The translations under genes were made by a program, and so were the position numbers. From Tolypothrix carrinoi HA7290-LM1 (GTDB taxonomy: Bacteria; Cyanobacteriota; Cyanobacteriia; Cyanobacteriales; Nostocaceae), in contig JAHHIK010000002.1 of NCBI GenBank assembly GCA_019358935.1, positions 1-64,000 on the forward strand: DNA of 64,000 nt, written 5' to 3'. Shown in pieces: positions 18,882 to 29,581 of the stretch; position 1 is the stretch's first letter; every line of letters begins with the position of its first letter. Below the pieces are notes generated by a model. That model saw only the letters and a list, made by a program, of their open reading frames with translations, was not told where the DNA came from and did not search any database.

Positions 18882-19961
18882 TTACTTAACAGCCACTCTT
18901 CGACTAACTAATAGGCGAATTGTGTTTAGAGTTTGGGCGATTACCTTGGGACGAAATTGTGGTGCAAATAACCAATTGATGGCAGGTTTTGCCAAAGGTA
19001 AAGGCATTAGCGCAACCCAAATAAACCACAAGCTAAAAATTACTCGCTTTTGCCAGTTGTAAGAGGAATATTTCCAAAGCGCACGAATACCCCAATACAT
19101 AAGAACAATTGAGCGGTCGCTTTTGACTAAATGTTCTTGTGGTTCGAGTTTTAAGGAAGCAAGACGCGACCAAACCCTTCCAAAGAATCGTATATTCAAA
19201 TCGTGAGGAACTTCATAACCTAGTTCAGTAGCCTTTTGCTGTAGGAGCACGCATCGTTGCAAATCATGACGTACAAACCTACGTATGCGCTCGGCACTAA
19301 CTGTAGTCAACGCCCACTGGTTAGTAGTATGGATACGGTAAGCTCCCAATGGTTCTTCGATTGCAGCTACTTCCCCATACAATGGAATTAAAACAGATAG
19401 ATAATCATCAGAAGTCGTATTGAACTCATCAGGGATAGGAAAAACATTCTCCATCGCCTTACGATTTAGTGCATTACCACTGGTAGGCGTACCTCTATAA
19501 GTCCCTACTGATATTACACTCCGCCATACTTCCCCAGTCGAGAGTGGCTGATTTCCTTGCGGGTAAGAAAAACCACGAGATTCACCATTCGCATCTACGA
19601 CGTCTAAATAGTAGTGTACTTTAGTAAATTTTGGTTCCCACATACCAACAATGCGTTCAACAGCATACGGATAAAGATAATCATCAGCATCAAGAAAGAT
19701 GATAATTTCGCCCTTACTGGCTGCAAAACCACTGTTAAAAGCTTTACCTTGTTTGCCATTTGTTTGGAAAATGGCGATAATGCGATCGCCATAACTAGCA
19801 ATAACATCGCCTGAGTTATCAGTTGAGCCGTCATCGACAACAATAACTTCAGTGTGAGGGTAGGTTTGACTCAAGGCGCTGTCGATTGCCTGTGTTAAGA
19901 ATTGGGCGTAATTATAGTTGTTAACAACAATGCTAACTAACGGCTGACATTCTATATTCAT
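18882..19961 (-). CDS. glycosyltransferase family 2
   Basis: VSIVVNNYNY, VVDDGSTD and FLDADD motifs. GGAGGAG RBS. Confidence 0.92.
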   Translation of the reverse strand: MNIECQPLVSIVVNNYNYAQFLTQAIDSALSQTYPHTEVIVVDDGSTDNSGDVIASYGDRIIAIFQTNGKQGKAFNSGFAASKGEIIIFLDADDYLYPYAVERIVGMWEPKFTKVHYYLDVVDANGESRGFSYPQGNQPLSTGEVWRSVISVGTYRGTPTSGNALNRKAMENVFPIPDEFNTTSDDYLSVLIPLYGEVAAIEEPLGAYRIHTTNQWALTTVSAERIRRFVRHDLQRCVLLQQKATELGYEVPHDLNIRFFGRVWSRLASLKLEPQEHLVKSDRSIVLMYWGIRALWKYSSYNWQKRVIFSLWFIWVALMPLPLAKPAINWLFAPQFRPKVIAQTLNTIRLLVSRRVAVK

Positions 19962-20023
19962 TTACTCCTCCAAATAGAGAGTAAGGTGCGATTAAAAAAT
20001 TATGAAAAAATTCAAATATACTT

Positions 20024-20261
20024 CTATACTGACAAATTTAAATTGTTGTATTTTTCCAAAGCCTCTGATGCAATATTTTCCCAACTTACTTCCGTTTTAA
20101 ATGAGCTATTTTTTGATGCCAAACTTTCAGATAGCACAGTGACTTCAGCGCCACTTACTATCAACCCTGATGCCAAACCGTGAATGGCTTTACTAAGTCC
20201 ATTATCTAGTTTGTCTCCATCCGATGGAAAATGTCTCAAATAAAGGGAAATTTTCTTTCAT
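20024..20261 (-). pseudogene. internally deleted, frameshifted GT4 glycosyltransferase remnant
   Basis: ATG 20261 with a +1 frameshift gives MK/KISLYLRHFP...KAIHGLASGL...GAEVTVL (GT4 N-terminus), joined directly to SWENIASEALEKYNNL (GT4 C-terminus). Confidence 0.65.
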
Positions 20262-20349
20262 ATCGAAATAATTATAATTACGTTAAATCTCAGCTATTTA
20301 TTGTTGAGATAATGATACTGGCTAATGGTTTATCTTTTATATTTCCTCC

Positions 20350-21285
20350 TCAAATTTGCGATAAAAAAGTTTTGAAAGGGTCTTTAAAGAGCAAATATCT
20401 TAAATAATCTTTAGTGAGATTTTTGATAATTTCTAACTTACCAATTTGCCGAAAGTTGTACTTGAAATAAAATACATTTAATAACCTCTGCTCTAGCATA
20501 GCTTCGGCTTGCGACTCAGTAGCGATTTTTCTAGCTTCTTGAACAATTTCATCACCATACTTCTGCACTAAATACATTAAAATCGATTGAGTAGCTCGAT
20601 TGTGTTTTGGTGCTAATTTCAGTCTATTGTAATCACGTTCAAATTCAGTAAATATACAAAGTGGTGTTGATTCAAAGTAAATAGGCTCTTGTATTTGTAA
20701 AGTTCTAAATAGTTCTTGATGCCAAGAATGCTCAATTTGAGAATCTACTTGAAAATTAGACTTGATTCCAGTAGTTTTCCAAAATAATCCACCGTTGGAA
20801 ATACCTTCACAAAAAAATAAGCGGGCATATAATTTATCTGGACTATAAACTCCCTGCTTAAACCACTTACCTCTAGTAGTCATGTTTGTAGGAACTGAAG
20901 TTCCATCTTTTTCCAGCCTTACTTCTTGATTTCTCAAAACTATATTTACTTTATTATTTTCCAAAGATTTGATATTTTCAGCAATAAAATCTGGAAGTAA
21001 ATAATTATCATCCTCTAACACAAAAGCATACTCTCCACCTACATAAGCAGTTGGTAAGAAAGCACAATTAATATTCTTTGAGCGACCAAGATTAACTTTA
21101 TGAGGTTTGTAGATAATTCTGTCATCGCTATAAAATTCTACGACTGCTTTTGCTTCCTGTTCCGGAGAGTCATCAAACACGAGAGCTTGCCAATTATCAT
21201 AGGTTTGCTCTCGCAGGGTTGCAAGAGCACGCTTAAGTAAATCAGGACGTTTATAGGTTGGAATTCTGACCTCGCAAAGTGACAT
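20350..21285 (-). CDS. glycosyltransferase family 2
   Basis: IPTYKRPDLLKRAL, VFDDS and VLEDD motifs. Confidence 0.88.
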   Translation of the reverse strand: MSLCEVRIPTYKRPDLLKRALATLREQTYDNWQALVFDDSPEQEAKAVVEFYSDDRIIYKPHKVNLGRSKNINCAFLPTAYVGGEYAFVLEDDNYLLPDFIAENIKSLENNKVNIVLRNQEVRLEKDGTSVPTNMTTRGKWFKQGVYSPDKLYARLFFCEGISNGGLFWKTTGIKSNFQVDSQIEHSWHQELFRTLQIQEPIYFESTPLCIFTEFERDYNRLKLAPKHNRATQSILMYLVQKYGDEIVQEARKIATESQAEAMLEQRLLNVFYFKYNFRQIGKLEIIKNLTKDYLRYLLFKDPFKTFLSQI

Positions 21286-21525
21286 CTTATTGCTCCTAGA
21301 TACATTAATATAATCTACTCATTTAGCTGCAAGATATGTGAAGTTTAGTTGGAATTTTTCATAATTAGCAGCTAATTTAAACATTCGGCTTTAATCTAGA
21401 TAAATCAGCAATATTTTTAGCAGGCATCGTATAGCATGGAATTGGGGGTACTGACGCTAGGAATTATTTTCTTGGTATCCAAAGTTATCCGAATCCCTAA
21501 ATTCTGCTTTCGAGCGCGAAGCTTT

Positions 21526-21591
21526 ACCCAAATAAACCACAAGCTAAAATCATTCGCTTTTGCCAGTTGTAAGAGGAATATTTCCAGAGCG
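21526..21591 (-). repeat. ~66 bp orphan copy of part of the GT2 gene (19015-19081)
   Basis: ACCCAAATAAACCACAAGCTAAAA..CGCTTTTGCCAGTTGTAAGAGGAATATTTCCA.AGCG at both sites, with one indel and about 3 substitutions. Confidence 0.85.
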
Positions 21592-21651
21592 TTAACCTCC
21601 ATGCTTACATCTTTTCCATCTTGCAAACTAGTAAAAAGACGTACCAATAAC

Positions 21652-22797
21652 CTACAAGTTTCTCAGTAAGTTCTTCACGGTTTGTCCCGCTATTGCCCAA
21701 TTAAGACGTGATTGATATTCATGAAAACTGGAAAGAGCTAGCTTTTTGTATTCTGAGTAGTTAACAAATAAGTCTGAAATGTATTTACAGTACTCGCTGA
21801 TATTGACATCTAAATCGAATAACTTGCCATTAACATCGTCTGTTACTGCTGTGGGAATACCACCGGCATTTGTAGCGAGGGATGGAACTCCAAAGGAGCT
21901 GGCTTCGCAAAAAACCACCCCGAAGCACTCTGCTCTTGAAGGTAAAATTAGGAAGTGTGATTCAGCCAGCAATTGAGATATTTTCTGTTTGCCTTCTACA
22001 GTGGATTTATTGATGAAACCGAGAGGTTTGACGTAACTTGGAAGTGGTTCATTAATAATCGGTTGGCAGCCAACAACTGTTAATTCTGTATTCAAGCCTG
22101 ACTGATTCAAAGCTTTAGTCACTTCAAAGGCAATATCCCCCCCTTTACGAAACCAATCAACACCGAGAAACAGCAAGTTACACTTGTTTGATGGTCTAGA
22201 CTCAATTAAATCTTTGACTTCATCAACGCTCTGATGGTTCTCAAGGTTTGCGCCAAAAGGTACAACTTTGACTTTGGATGGATCGGCGTTGTAATCCTCA
22301 ACAGCCGAGCGAGCTGCCCATTCAGACGCGTAGATAGCTAATTTGCATTTCTGCAAGACGAGATTCTCCATTAAGTGCCCGTGCTCAATTGTTTCTCTAC
22401 ACAGATTACTGTAATGGGGGTAGAAATCTACTAGAGCCGCAAAGGTAGAATCTGCCCAAAATACCGTTGGCTGATTGCATTCCAGATAAGCAATGGGATT
22501 GGGTGTTACGCTAAACACGACATCCGTTTTTACTTCAGATAACTTCTGAGAGACCTGCTTTGCATACTCCTTCAAAATTATAGGTTCTGAATCTTTGAGA
22601 TATGTCTTCCTGTGAAAAAATTCATTGTAATGACGCTTGCCTTTACGCACAGCTTTCAAAAAAAACTTATCCTTCAGGGGTCCAATATACTCAAGAGGAA
22701 TCGATTGGTGGTTAAGTGTTTGAGCAATGTAATAAGAAAGACCAGACCAATTCTTTATCTCTAATGGACTATAGTTTGTTACGTAAGCCAGCTTCAT
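21652..22797 (-). CDS. glycosyltransferase family 4
   Basis: GVDWFRKGG and PSRAECFGVVFCEA. Confidence 0.92.
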   Translation of the reverse strand: MKLAYVTNYSPLEIKNWSGLSYYIAQTLNHQSIPLEYIGPLKDKFFLKAVRKGKRHYNEFFHRKTYLKDSEPIILKEYAKQVSQKLSEVKTDVVFSVTPNPIAYLECNQPTVFWADSTFAALVDFYPHYSNLCRETIEHGHLMENLVLQKCKLAIYASEWAARSAVEDYNADPSKVKVVPFGANLENHQSVDEVKDLIESRPSNKCNLLFLGVDWFRKGGDIAFEVTKALNQSGLNTELTVVGCQPIINEPLPSYVKPLGFINKSTVEGKQKISQLLAESHFLILPSRAECFGVVFCEASSFGVPSLATNAGGIPTAVTDDVNGKLFDLDVNISEYCKYISDLFVNYSEYKKLALSSFHEYQSRLNWAIAGQTVKNLLRNL

Positions 22798-22938
22798 CGT
22801 TTATTTTACCTAACTTAATTTCATCTGAAAAATGTCTAAAAAAATACATGAATAATCAAAATATGGAATACTTTTTTATCAATTATTTTACCAAACACTA
22901 TTCAATCTAGAAAAATACCCAATAGCGAATTTATCATT

Positions 22939-24003
22939 TTAACTAAAGCTTTTGGTTTGCATTGAAGCATTATTAATTTTTATTTTTCCAGAAATGATTG
23001 TCAAGATTGTTTTCACAAAAAACTTAATTGTTCTTAAGTCAATATGCCATCTGATTACTGTTATTGCTAATTTAAATAGTTTATGATTACAATTATAATC
23101 TTTATACTGTGCTGTATAATAACGATGAGAATGCATTGAATCAAAATAAGACAAAACAGCTTTTATTCCATCACTCTTTAGCTTAGAATTTAAAAAGTGA
23201 TCTAATGCATTGCAGAATTCTGTTGACTTAATATTCTTTTGTCCATACCAATTGTTGTTGCTGTGAACTCGGTACTGAGAAAGTACATATTCTGTTGAAT
23301 AAACCTCTCCTAGTAAGGCTGCTGCTTTGATGAGAAAATCATCTGCTGATGTTCTCACTCCTTCACATGGCAAAGGAAATATTCCCTCTGCAAGAAAGCG
23401 AGTCATGGCAAGACCGCTCGTAGGTGAACCAAGATAGGGAATATATCTATATTTACGTGCATGGTCATAGACTTCTGTAGAAGTACTAATTTTATATAAC
23501 TCTCCATCTTTAGGCTTGCTTTTAGCCCTGCGTTTGTTGAGGTCTGGTAATTCACACCTACTATTTATATCAATTTCAAGAGGTGAACCATTCTCATCCA
23601 CAGCTTTGAGATAATTAAAGATAGTTACATCCGCGATTTTTGGAGTAACCTGAGCAAATAAATCTACAATTTTGCTCACTTTATGAGAGTAAAATGTATC
23701 ATCAGCATCCAGAAAACATATAATTTCACCCTTGCAAGCTTCAAACCCTGCGTTAAATGCTGAAGCTTGTCCGCCGTTCTCCTTTAATACAGGAATAATT
23801 TTGTTTCCATAGCTAGTGATAATTTCTTGTGAATTATCAGTTGAACCGTCATCTACCACAATCACATCAATATTCGCATATGTTTGGTTGAGAGCGCTGT
23901 CGATTGCTTCTTTCAAAAAGCGAGCATAATTATAGTTATTGATGAGTATGCTCACCAATGGAAGCTTTTCAGATTGAAGACTGCTAGCCATTATTTGAGT
24001 CAT
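22939..24003 (-). CDS. glycosyltransferase family 2
   Basis: LVSILINNYNY, VVDDGSTD and FLDADD; paralogue of 18882-19961. Start at ATG 24003 or 23991. Confidence 0.9.
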   Translation of the reverse strand: MTQIMASSLQSEKLPLVSILINNYNYARFLKEAIDSALNQTYANIDVIVVDDGSTDNSQEIITSYGNKIIPVLKENGGQASAFNAGFEACKGEIICFLDADDTFYSHKVSKIVDLFAQVTPKIADVTIFNYLKAVDENGSPLEIDINSRCELPDLNKRRAKSKPKDGELYKISTSTEVYDHARKYRYIPYLGSPTSGLAMTRFLAEGIFPLPCEGVRTSADDFLIKAAALLGEVYSTEYVLSQYRVHSNNNWYGQKNIKSTEFCNALDHFLNSKLKSDGIKAVLSYFDSMHSHRYYTAQYKDYNCNHKLFKLAITVIRWHIDLRTIKFFVKTILTIISGKIKINNASMQTKSFS

Positions 24004-24102
24004 TATTATTAATATCGGTAAATTGTAACCACAAGCAAGCAATAGACTGCAAACGCTTAATACTTATAATTCATGCACCAGCCACCAAACTCTTTCCTAT
24101 TT

Positions 24103-25017
24103 CTAAGAATTTTGGATTTCTTGAATTGCTAAAGCTTGTGCCCTTCTCATCGCTTTGAAAAAAGGGCGTTCCTTTGGATGCATATTCCAAAGCCGATAGT
24201 AATCAGATAATTTTCTTTTCCACAATGGGTCTTGAAAAGTCGGCTTTTTACCTCGTAACGAATCTAAAATGAGATTGGAGTACGTGCTTCCCTCAATCAT
24301 TCTTACTAAATATTCTTCACTGGTACGATTAGCTGGAATGAGATGTTTTAGCCGTAAAGCTGTAAAAATTCCTATACCTAAGCCAATATCGCAGGCTGTA
24401 TAAGCAAGGTCTATATCTCCGCAACTCATTAATTGGTTTCCCTTTCGGTCTAGACCTAATCTTTTCGGGTCATTATACACTAAATCAACATATTTATCAG
24501 CGACAATTTTCCGCACACACATTCCAGCACCATAAGGAGTCGTTTCGTACTGATGTATCAGATTCGACCACTTATCCTCCTCAAACTTCCGAACAGCTAA
24601 GTATCCCCAGTAAGTTTTCATCCAATCCGGAGGTGTTACCTCAAATTCAGGTATTGTTTGTCCACCCCAGGTACCAATGACTGAGTAGTCTTTACTAATT
24701 CGCAAAGCTAGTTCCAGGTAGTCCGAGTCCAAAACATTATCATCATCAACGAAAACTAGTATTTCAGCTTGTGCCTCCCGAATCCCACGCAATCGAGCAG
24801 GGGTAAGTCCTAATTGGTCTTCTCGAATATGACGAGCGTTAGGATGCCAACTTAAGTCTATTTCTGAGGAAAGGACTTTATCGCTTGCATTATCAACAAG
24901 TACAAGTTCCCATAAATTTTTCGGTAAAGTTTGAGCTTCAAGGGCTTGCAATACCCTATCAAGGTAATTGCGTCGAGGGTTATGGGTACAGATGATGATG
25001 CTTAGAAGTTGATTCAT
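24103..25017 (-). CDS. glycosyltransferase family 2
   Basis: SIIICTHNP, VDNAS and FVDDD motifs; ATG 25017. Confidence 0.9.
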   Translation of the reverse strand: MNQLLSIIICTHNPRRNYLDRVLQALEAQTLPKNLWELVLVDNASDKVLSSEIDLSWHPNARHIREDQLGLTPARLRGIREAQAEILVFVDDDNVLDSDYLELALRISKDYSVIGTWGGQTIPEFEVTPPDWMKTYWGYLAVRKFEEDKWSNLIHQYETTPYGAGMCVRKIVADKYVDLVYNDPKRLGLDRKGNQLMSCGDIDLAYTACDIGLGIGIFTALRLKHLIPANRTSEEYLVRMIEGSTYSNLILDSLRGKKPTFQDPLWKRKLSDYYRLWNMHPKERPFFKAMRRAQALAIQEIQNS

Positions 25018-25041
25018 ACATAATCCTAGCAATGATTGTTG

Positions 25042-26301
25042 TTACCCTTTAATCAAGGATGGAGTGAGCTTCTGATATCTATATCCGTTAGCTTGTCTGT
25101 TTTCAATTGCACGAGCGTAACTAGCTTCTAGTAAGGCACCAATACGGTCAGCACTATACTCTATTAGCAGTCGCTCACGGGCTGCCTGTCCAAGGTGCAT
25201 ACGCAATGATGGGTTTTCCAATAATTCAATAACTGCATTAGCAATTTTTCTGGGGCAGCGAGGTGGAACAAGCCGTCCAGCCTTTCCATAATCAAGCATT
25301 TCAACCATTCCACCCGCACTACTACCAACCACACCACGACCTGCTGCCATTGCTTCTAAACAGACATTTGGAAAGTTTTCCCAAATGCTGGGAAAAACGC
25401 AGATATCCGTATCACCCAGAACAGATGGAATATCATCTGGGGCAACAAAGTCAGTGAATTCTACGAATTGCTTGTAGTGCCCTAACATACGTTCTAAATA
25501 TAGACGCATATCCATTCCTGATTTGGGTGAACGCTGGTGGGAACGACCGACAAAACGAAACTTTGCTTTGGGACATCGCTGCATTACAAGGGGAATAGCT
25601 TTCGCTAGATCAATAACGCCCTTTCTAGTTTCAAGTCTACCTATAAAAGTGACAACACCAGTCTGGGTATCAACTGGGATATTCAAAAGCTTTTCTGATG
25701 GTATATATGGGTTAGGAATCTGACTGACTTTTTCGATATCTAATCCCCAAATGCTGATGACTTTATCAGCCATGTCTTTGGTTAAAATAACCACTTCATC
25801 AGCATCTAGGGCATGATGACATTCAATATCATCTTGCGGCTTATATTTCAAGTGCTGTACTGGATTAATACCTCTTCGTATTAAGCCTAAGTACTTACGA
25901 ATCCTAGTTATGAAAGGAGTTTCAGTACTGTTGATTTTTTCAATAAGAAAACTAGGGATATGAAGCTTCAGCACTAAAGGGATATCTGGACAAAGCTGAA
26001 CTGCTTCCTGTGCTTCAGCAAATATATCAGGTCCTTCAATTACATCAAATTGAATCTCACTATGCCTTTCAGCAAAAACCTTACTAATATGCTTTGGGAA
26101 GTTTTGCCGATTCTTTTCAAGAACCCTATAAACTAAAACACCATTTTCTATTTCCGTTCCACATCTGTGAAGGCTGCCAGTAAATACCTCTACATGATGT
26201 CCTCTTTTTGTAAGCAGTTGCGACACTTGATAAACATAAGTTGCAATACCACCAAGGGCAGTGTCTGGAGGATACTCGTAGCTAATAAAGGCAATCTTCA
26301 T
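25042..26301 (-). CDS. glycosyltransferase family 4
   Basis: MKIAFISYEYPP, GRLETRKG and ENFPNVCLEAMAAG. Confidence 0.92.
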   Translation of the reverse strand: MKIAFISYEYPPDTALGGIATYVYQVSQLLTKRGHHVEVFTGSLHRCGTEIENGVLVYRVLEKNRQNFPKHISKVFAERHSEIQFDVIEGPDIFAEAQEAVQLCPDIPLVLKLHIPSFLIEKINSTETPFITRIRKYLGLIRRGINPVQHLKYKPQDDIECHHALDADEVVILTKDMADKVISIWGLDIEKVSQIPNPYIPSEKLLNIPVDTQTGVVTFIGRLETRKGVIDLAKAIPLVMQRCPKAKFRFVGRSHQRSPKSGMDMRLYLERMLGHYKQFVEFTDFVAPDDIPSVLGDTDICVFPSIWENFPNVCLEAMAAGRGVVGSSAGGMVEMLDYGKAGRLVPPRCPRKIANAVIELLENPSLRMHLGQAARERLLIEYSADRIGALLEASYARAIENRQANGYRYQKLTPSLIKG

Positions 26302-26378
26302 AACTTGTATGCTTGTCAACTTTTATTGTATGAATAGCTATTTATTTCAAACATCACAATTATTTAATTAGTTTTTAG

Positions 26379-27350
26379 TCAAACACACTCCTTGTAAATG
26401 TCTAAAACATTCTCATCAATCATGTTCAATATCTCGCTATCTCTATACATATCAAATTTTCTTGCAAATAACTTAGATGATTGAAGAAGTGTTTCAAAAT
26501 CTGTTTTTTCTAAAATAGCAGGAAGGATTGGATTGGGATTTTCCCAATCCATGTACCTTAAACTATCATTGATGACAGAATCCTTAAATGCTGAGTTTAA
26601 AATAATTGTTTGAAAAAACATTTCGTCGGGAATATCGATATACTTAAAGAAATTAACAAATGCAGGATTTTGGCAAATAAAATTATATACATATTCGGCA
26701 CACTCTTTCGATAAGCCCCAAAATTGAGAGCCTGCAAACGGTTTAAAATCTTTAGGAAACTTGCGTTTAATGGGAAACCAAAAAACCAAAGCAAGCCATA
26801 GTAATGAAACTACACGATTCTTAATGTTACGTTTGACAAAGCTCGAATAATAAACATTCAATCCTCGCTTTCCCGGAAAGACAAAACGTTGATTAAATAT
26901 ACAAAAATGCCAGTAATTAATTCTGTTGAAACCGCCATTTGGCCATTTTGGCGTGATATGTTCTGGTTGCGGCAGTGGAAAATAATTTACAAATGACTTA
27001 CCTCGGTTATTGCATAAAAACTCTTCAATTTTATCATTTGATTTAATAGGGTAATCCTGTCCTGATAAAAAAATAATCCAATCAAAAGAAATCTTTCTGA
27101 TGAAAATCTCTTTAAAACCTTCTATAGTAGCAGCTACAAGACTAAAATCTCCCCAATAGCACTTATATCTCTTTAAAAAGAAAACATTTGGAATATGTCC
27201 TATATCATGAACTATTTGCTGATAATTTTTGTTATTAGTTCTTTTGTCAATATGCACAAAAAAGCATGTATTTTTAGTACTCAGTCTAACAATTAGTCGT
27301 TTCAATTGTTCGGGGTATTTGTGTGCTAAAATTATATATGCTATTTTCAT
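26379..27350 (-). CDS. beta-1,6-N-acetylglucosaminyltransferase-like (GT14 / core-2/I-branching family)
   Basis: IAYIILAH, HIDK, WGDFSLV, LSGQDYP, GSQFW, PDEMFFQT and FARKFD motifs. Confidence 0.9.
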   Translation of the reverse strand: MKIAYIILAHKYPEQLKRLIVRLSTKNTCFFVHIDKRTNNKNYQQIVHDIGHIPNVFFLKRYKCYWGDFSLVAATIEGFKEIFIRKISFDWIIFLSGQDYPIKSNDKIEEFLCNNRGKSFVNYFPLPQPEHITPKWPNGGFNRINYWHFCIFNQRFVFPGKRGLNVYYSSFVKRNIKNRVVSLLWLALVFWFPIKRKFPKDFKPFAGSQFWGLSKECAEYVYNFICQNPAFVNFFKYIDIPDEMFFQTIILNSAFKDSVINDSLRYMDWENPNPILPAILEKTDFETLLQSSKLFARKFDMYRDSEILNMIDENVLDIYKECV

Positions 27351-27441
27351 AAGAATACTTCAGAAACTTAAATTACTTTGTGTTAGGTATTAGTAGTGTC
27401 AGTCACAGAGTTGAGAGAAGATAATTTATAGATAAGTAAAT

Positions 27442-28722
27442 CTATCGAGAACTAACTAATTCATGTACACGTTTGTAAGCAGCGTGTCCCCATTCAATTT
27501 GTCGTTTAGCAGCTTCAACTAATTTTGGTCTTAACTGTTCACTTGATTGCCAAGAGTGAACAGTAATATCTATTAATTTTCTCTCTAATTCAGGATCGTT
27601 GAGGAAAATAACTTCACAACCCACACCAAATTGATCTGCTAACCCAAGAAATTTATCTGCGTAATACTCAGACTTAACCAAACAAATAGCTGGTATGCCT
27701 TGGGAAAGGGCAAAAACACCTGCATGGTAACTACCAGTAATGACTACCCGGCATTTACCAATCTGCTTGATAACCTTAAGTGGTGTATTAAGACTTCGTC
27801 CACCATCAGAAGTATCATCATAATCCTTTAACAGTTGCCTAATAGTTGCACTGTCAGGTTCTGTATAGCCTTTAAAAAATGAATGGTCGATGGGTGCTGG
27901 TATTAATTGAGCATTTAATTTTTTAGCTACATTGTGTAAGGCTAATCTAAGTGTTTCCAGAACAGATGAGTTTACACTTGAATAATAAGCAATTCTGAGA
28001 TTTACCCCAATTCCATTAGCAAGTGCTGTATTGCGAGCTTCATAAGCTAATTCGATGGCATCATCTCCTGTTACAGTCACACGATCCTGCGAGACACCAA
28101 TCGAATTAAGAAGAGGAACTCCAACACGTTTTTCTCTAAGAGTTATCAAATTTACTGACGGAAGAATAGTCCTAGCCATAGCTAGCAATTCTTTATCGTG
28201 AAGTGGTCCTAAACCATGTCCAAGCATGACAGTGGGTTTGCCAAGTCTGTTTGCTAACCCTATAGTATCTATAGCTGAAACTGTATGGTCTTTAAACACA
28301 TCTGTAATGTATCCACCTCCAGAGGCTACAACTAAGTCAGCACTATAAACCGCTTCTATGAATGCCTCAAGACTTCTAGCTAGTTCTGGTCTTTTCCTTA
28401 ACTTGAACTTTTTGAAAGATCGTACTAGAGACGGTGAGGACATACGAAAATTCGATTCGATGTTTGCCAATTGCTTAACAAATAGGTGATTAGGCAACTT
28501 GTATAACTTATGTAGTAATGGAGAAAGCCACATCTCACGTCCTTCTAGTAGCAAAGGCTGCGAGTTAGGAAAACACTCAATCAGTTTCTCCGGAGCATTG
28601 GTAAAGATTTGAACAGAAGCATCAGGCCAAAAATTTCTTAGTCTTTGTACTGCAACTTGAAGCATGGCTAAATCTCCCATATTACCCAGGTGATAGCCAC
28701 TTTGCTCAATTATAATTTTCAT
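27442..28722 (-). CDS. polysaccharide pyruvyl transferase family protein
   Basis: NMGDLAM, SGGGY, GHGLGP, LRE and GSYHAGVFAL motifs. Confidence 0.88.
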   Translation of the reverse strand: MKIIIEQSGYHLGNMGDLAMLQVAVQRLRNFWPDASVQIFTNAPEKLIECFPNSQPLLLEGREMWLSPLLHKLYKLPNHLFVKQLANIESNFRMSSPSLVRSFKKFKLRKRPELARSLEAFIEAVYSADLVVASGGGYITDVFKDHTVSAIDTIGLANRLGKPTVMLGHGLGPLHDKELLAMARTILPSVNLITLREKRVGVPLLNSIGVSQDRVTVTGDDAIELAYEARNTALANGIGVNLRIAYYSSVNSSVLETLRLALHNVAKKLNAQLIPAPIDHSFFKGYTEPDSATIRQLLKDYDDTSDGGRSLNTPLKVIKQIGKCRVVITGSYHAGVFALSQGIPAICLVKSEYYADKFLGLADQFGVGCEVIFLNDPELERKLIDITVHSWQSSEQLRPKLVEAAKRQIEWGHAAYKRVHELVSSR

Positions 28723-28792
28723 AGAGACAATTTGATTTTATATGCTAATTAAGTTTATTCAAGAGGTCAAGAAAGTTTCCGAAAATACTTTC

Positions 28793-29506
28793 TTATTTAA
28801 CAGCTACAATTGCATAATTTTTACAATGTCCTGAAGAGACATATTTGTTTTGTAAATCCCAGTAATAAAACAAGACAGAAGAAATCGAAAATACAGGCTT
28901 TAACAACAAAATAAGCATAGAAGAAGCTAAACCAAGTACCCCTCCACCATAATGCTTAGGGTTCTTAGGCAAAGTTTTACTAGCAGTTTTCAGTTGATAG
29001 GATAAAGTTCCATAATAACCCTCAAGCCAATTTATTTCCTTAACTTTAAAGTTTGCAGATTGAAGTAAGTATTTAAATCCAAACTGTGTATATCTGTAAA
29101 AATCATATGGAATTTCATGCTCTTCGTAAAACAATGGAGCAGAAAGCCACAGTTCTCCATTAGGCTTTAGAACTCTATAAATTTCGCATAAAACACTTTT
29201 AGGTTCCGGAATATGCTCAAGAACCTGCGTGAGAACTACCATGTCATACCTATTGTCTTCAACAGGTATCTTTGTCAAGTCGCAAACATAAGTAACTTTG
29301 TCATATTCCTTATCGACTTGACAGAAGTCTGCAGATTCATAATTAGCTTCATAAAACAGAGATTTGTACAACCCACTACCTGCTCCGGCATCAAGTACAA
29401 ATGCACCTTTAGGGAGTGAAGCAGCTGCTTTGGAGACAAAGTCATGTAAGAATTTCCTAGAAGAGTTAAAGTCTGAATTTATCAACATTTTCTTTACACT
29501 TAACAT
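28793..29506 (-). CDS. class I SAM-dependent methyltransferase
   Basis: VLDAGAG, TQVLEH and RVLKPNG. Confidence 0.88.
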   Translation of the reverse strand: MLSVKKMLINSDFNSSRKFLHDFVSKAAASLPKGAFVLDAGAGSGLYKSLFYEANYESADFCQVDKEYDKVTYVCDLTKIPVEDNRYDMVVLTQVLEHIPEPKSVLCEIYRVLKPNGELWLSAPLFYEEHEIPYDFYRYTQFGFKYLLQSANFKVKEINWLEGYYGTLSYQLKTASKTLPKNPKHYGGGVLGLASSMLILLLKPVFSISSVLFYYWDLQNKYVSSGHCKNYAIVAVK

Positions 29507-29581
29507 ATTGAAATAAACCTCTGAAAAATTAAAATTAACTAATTATGAATTTGAGATAACCATAAAATTAATTTATTGAAT

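Noticed and set aside
21417..21669. 76-77 aa ORFs between GT genes
   Set aside because: They are mosaics containing the out-of-frame duplicated GT2 fragment; treated as debris.
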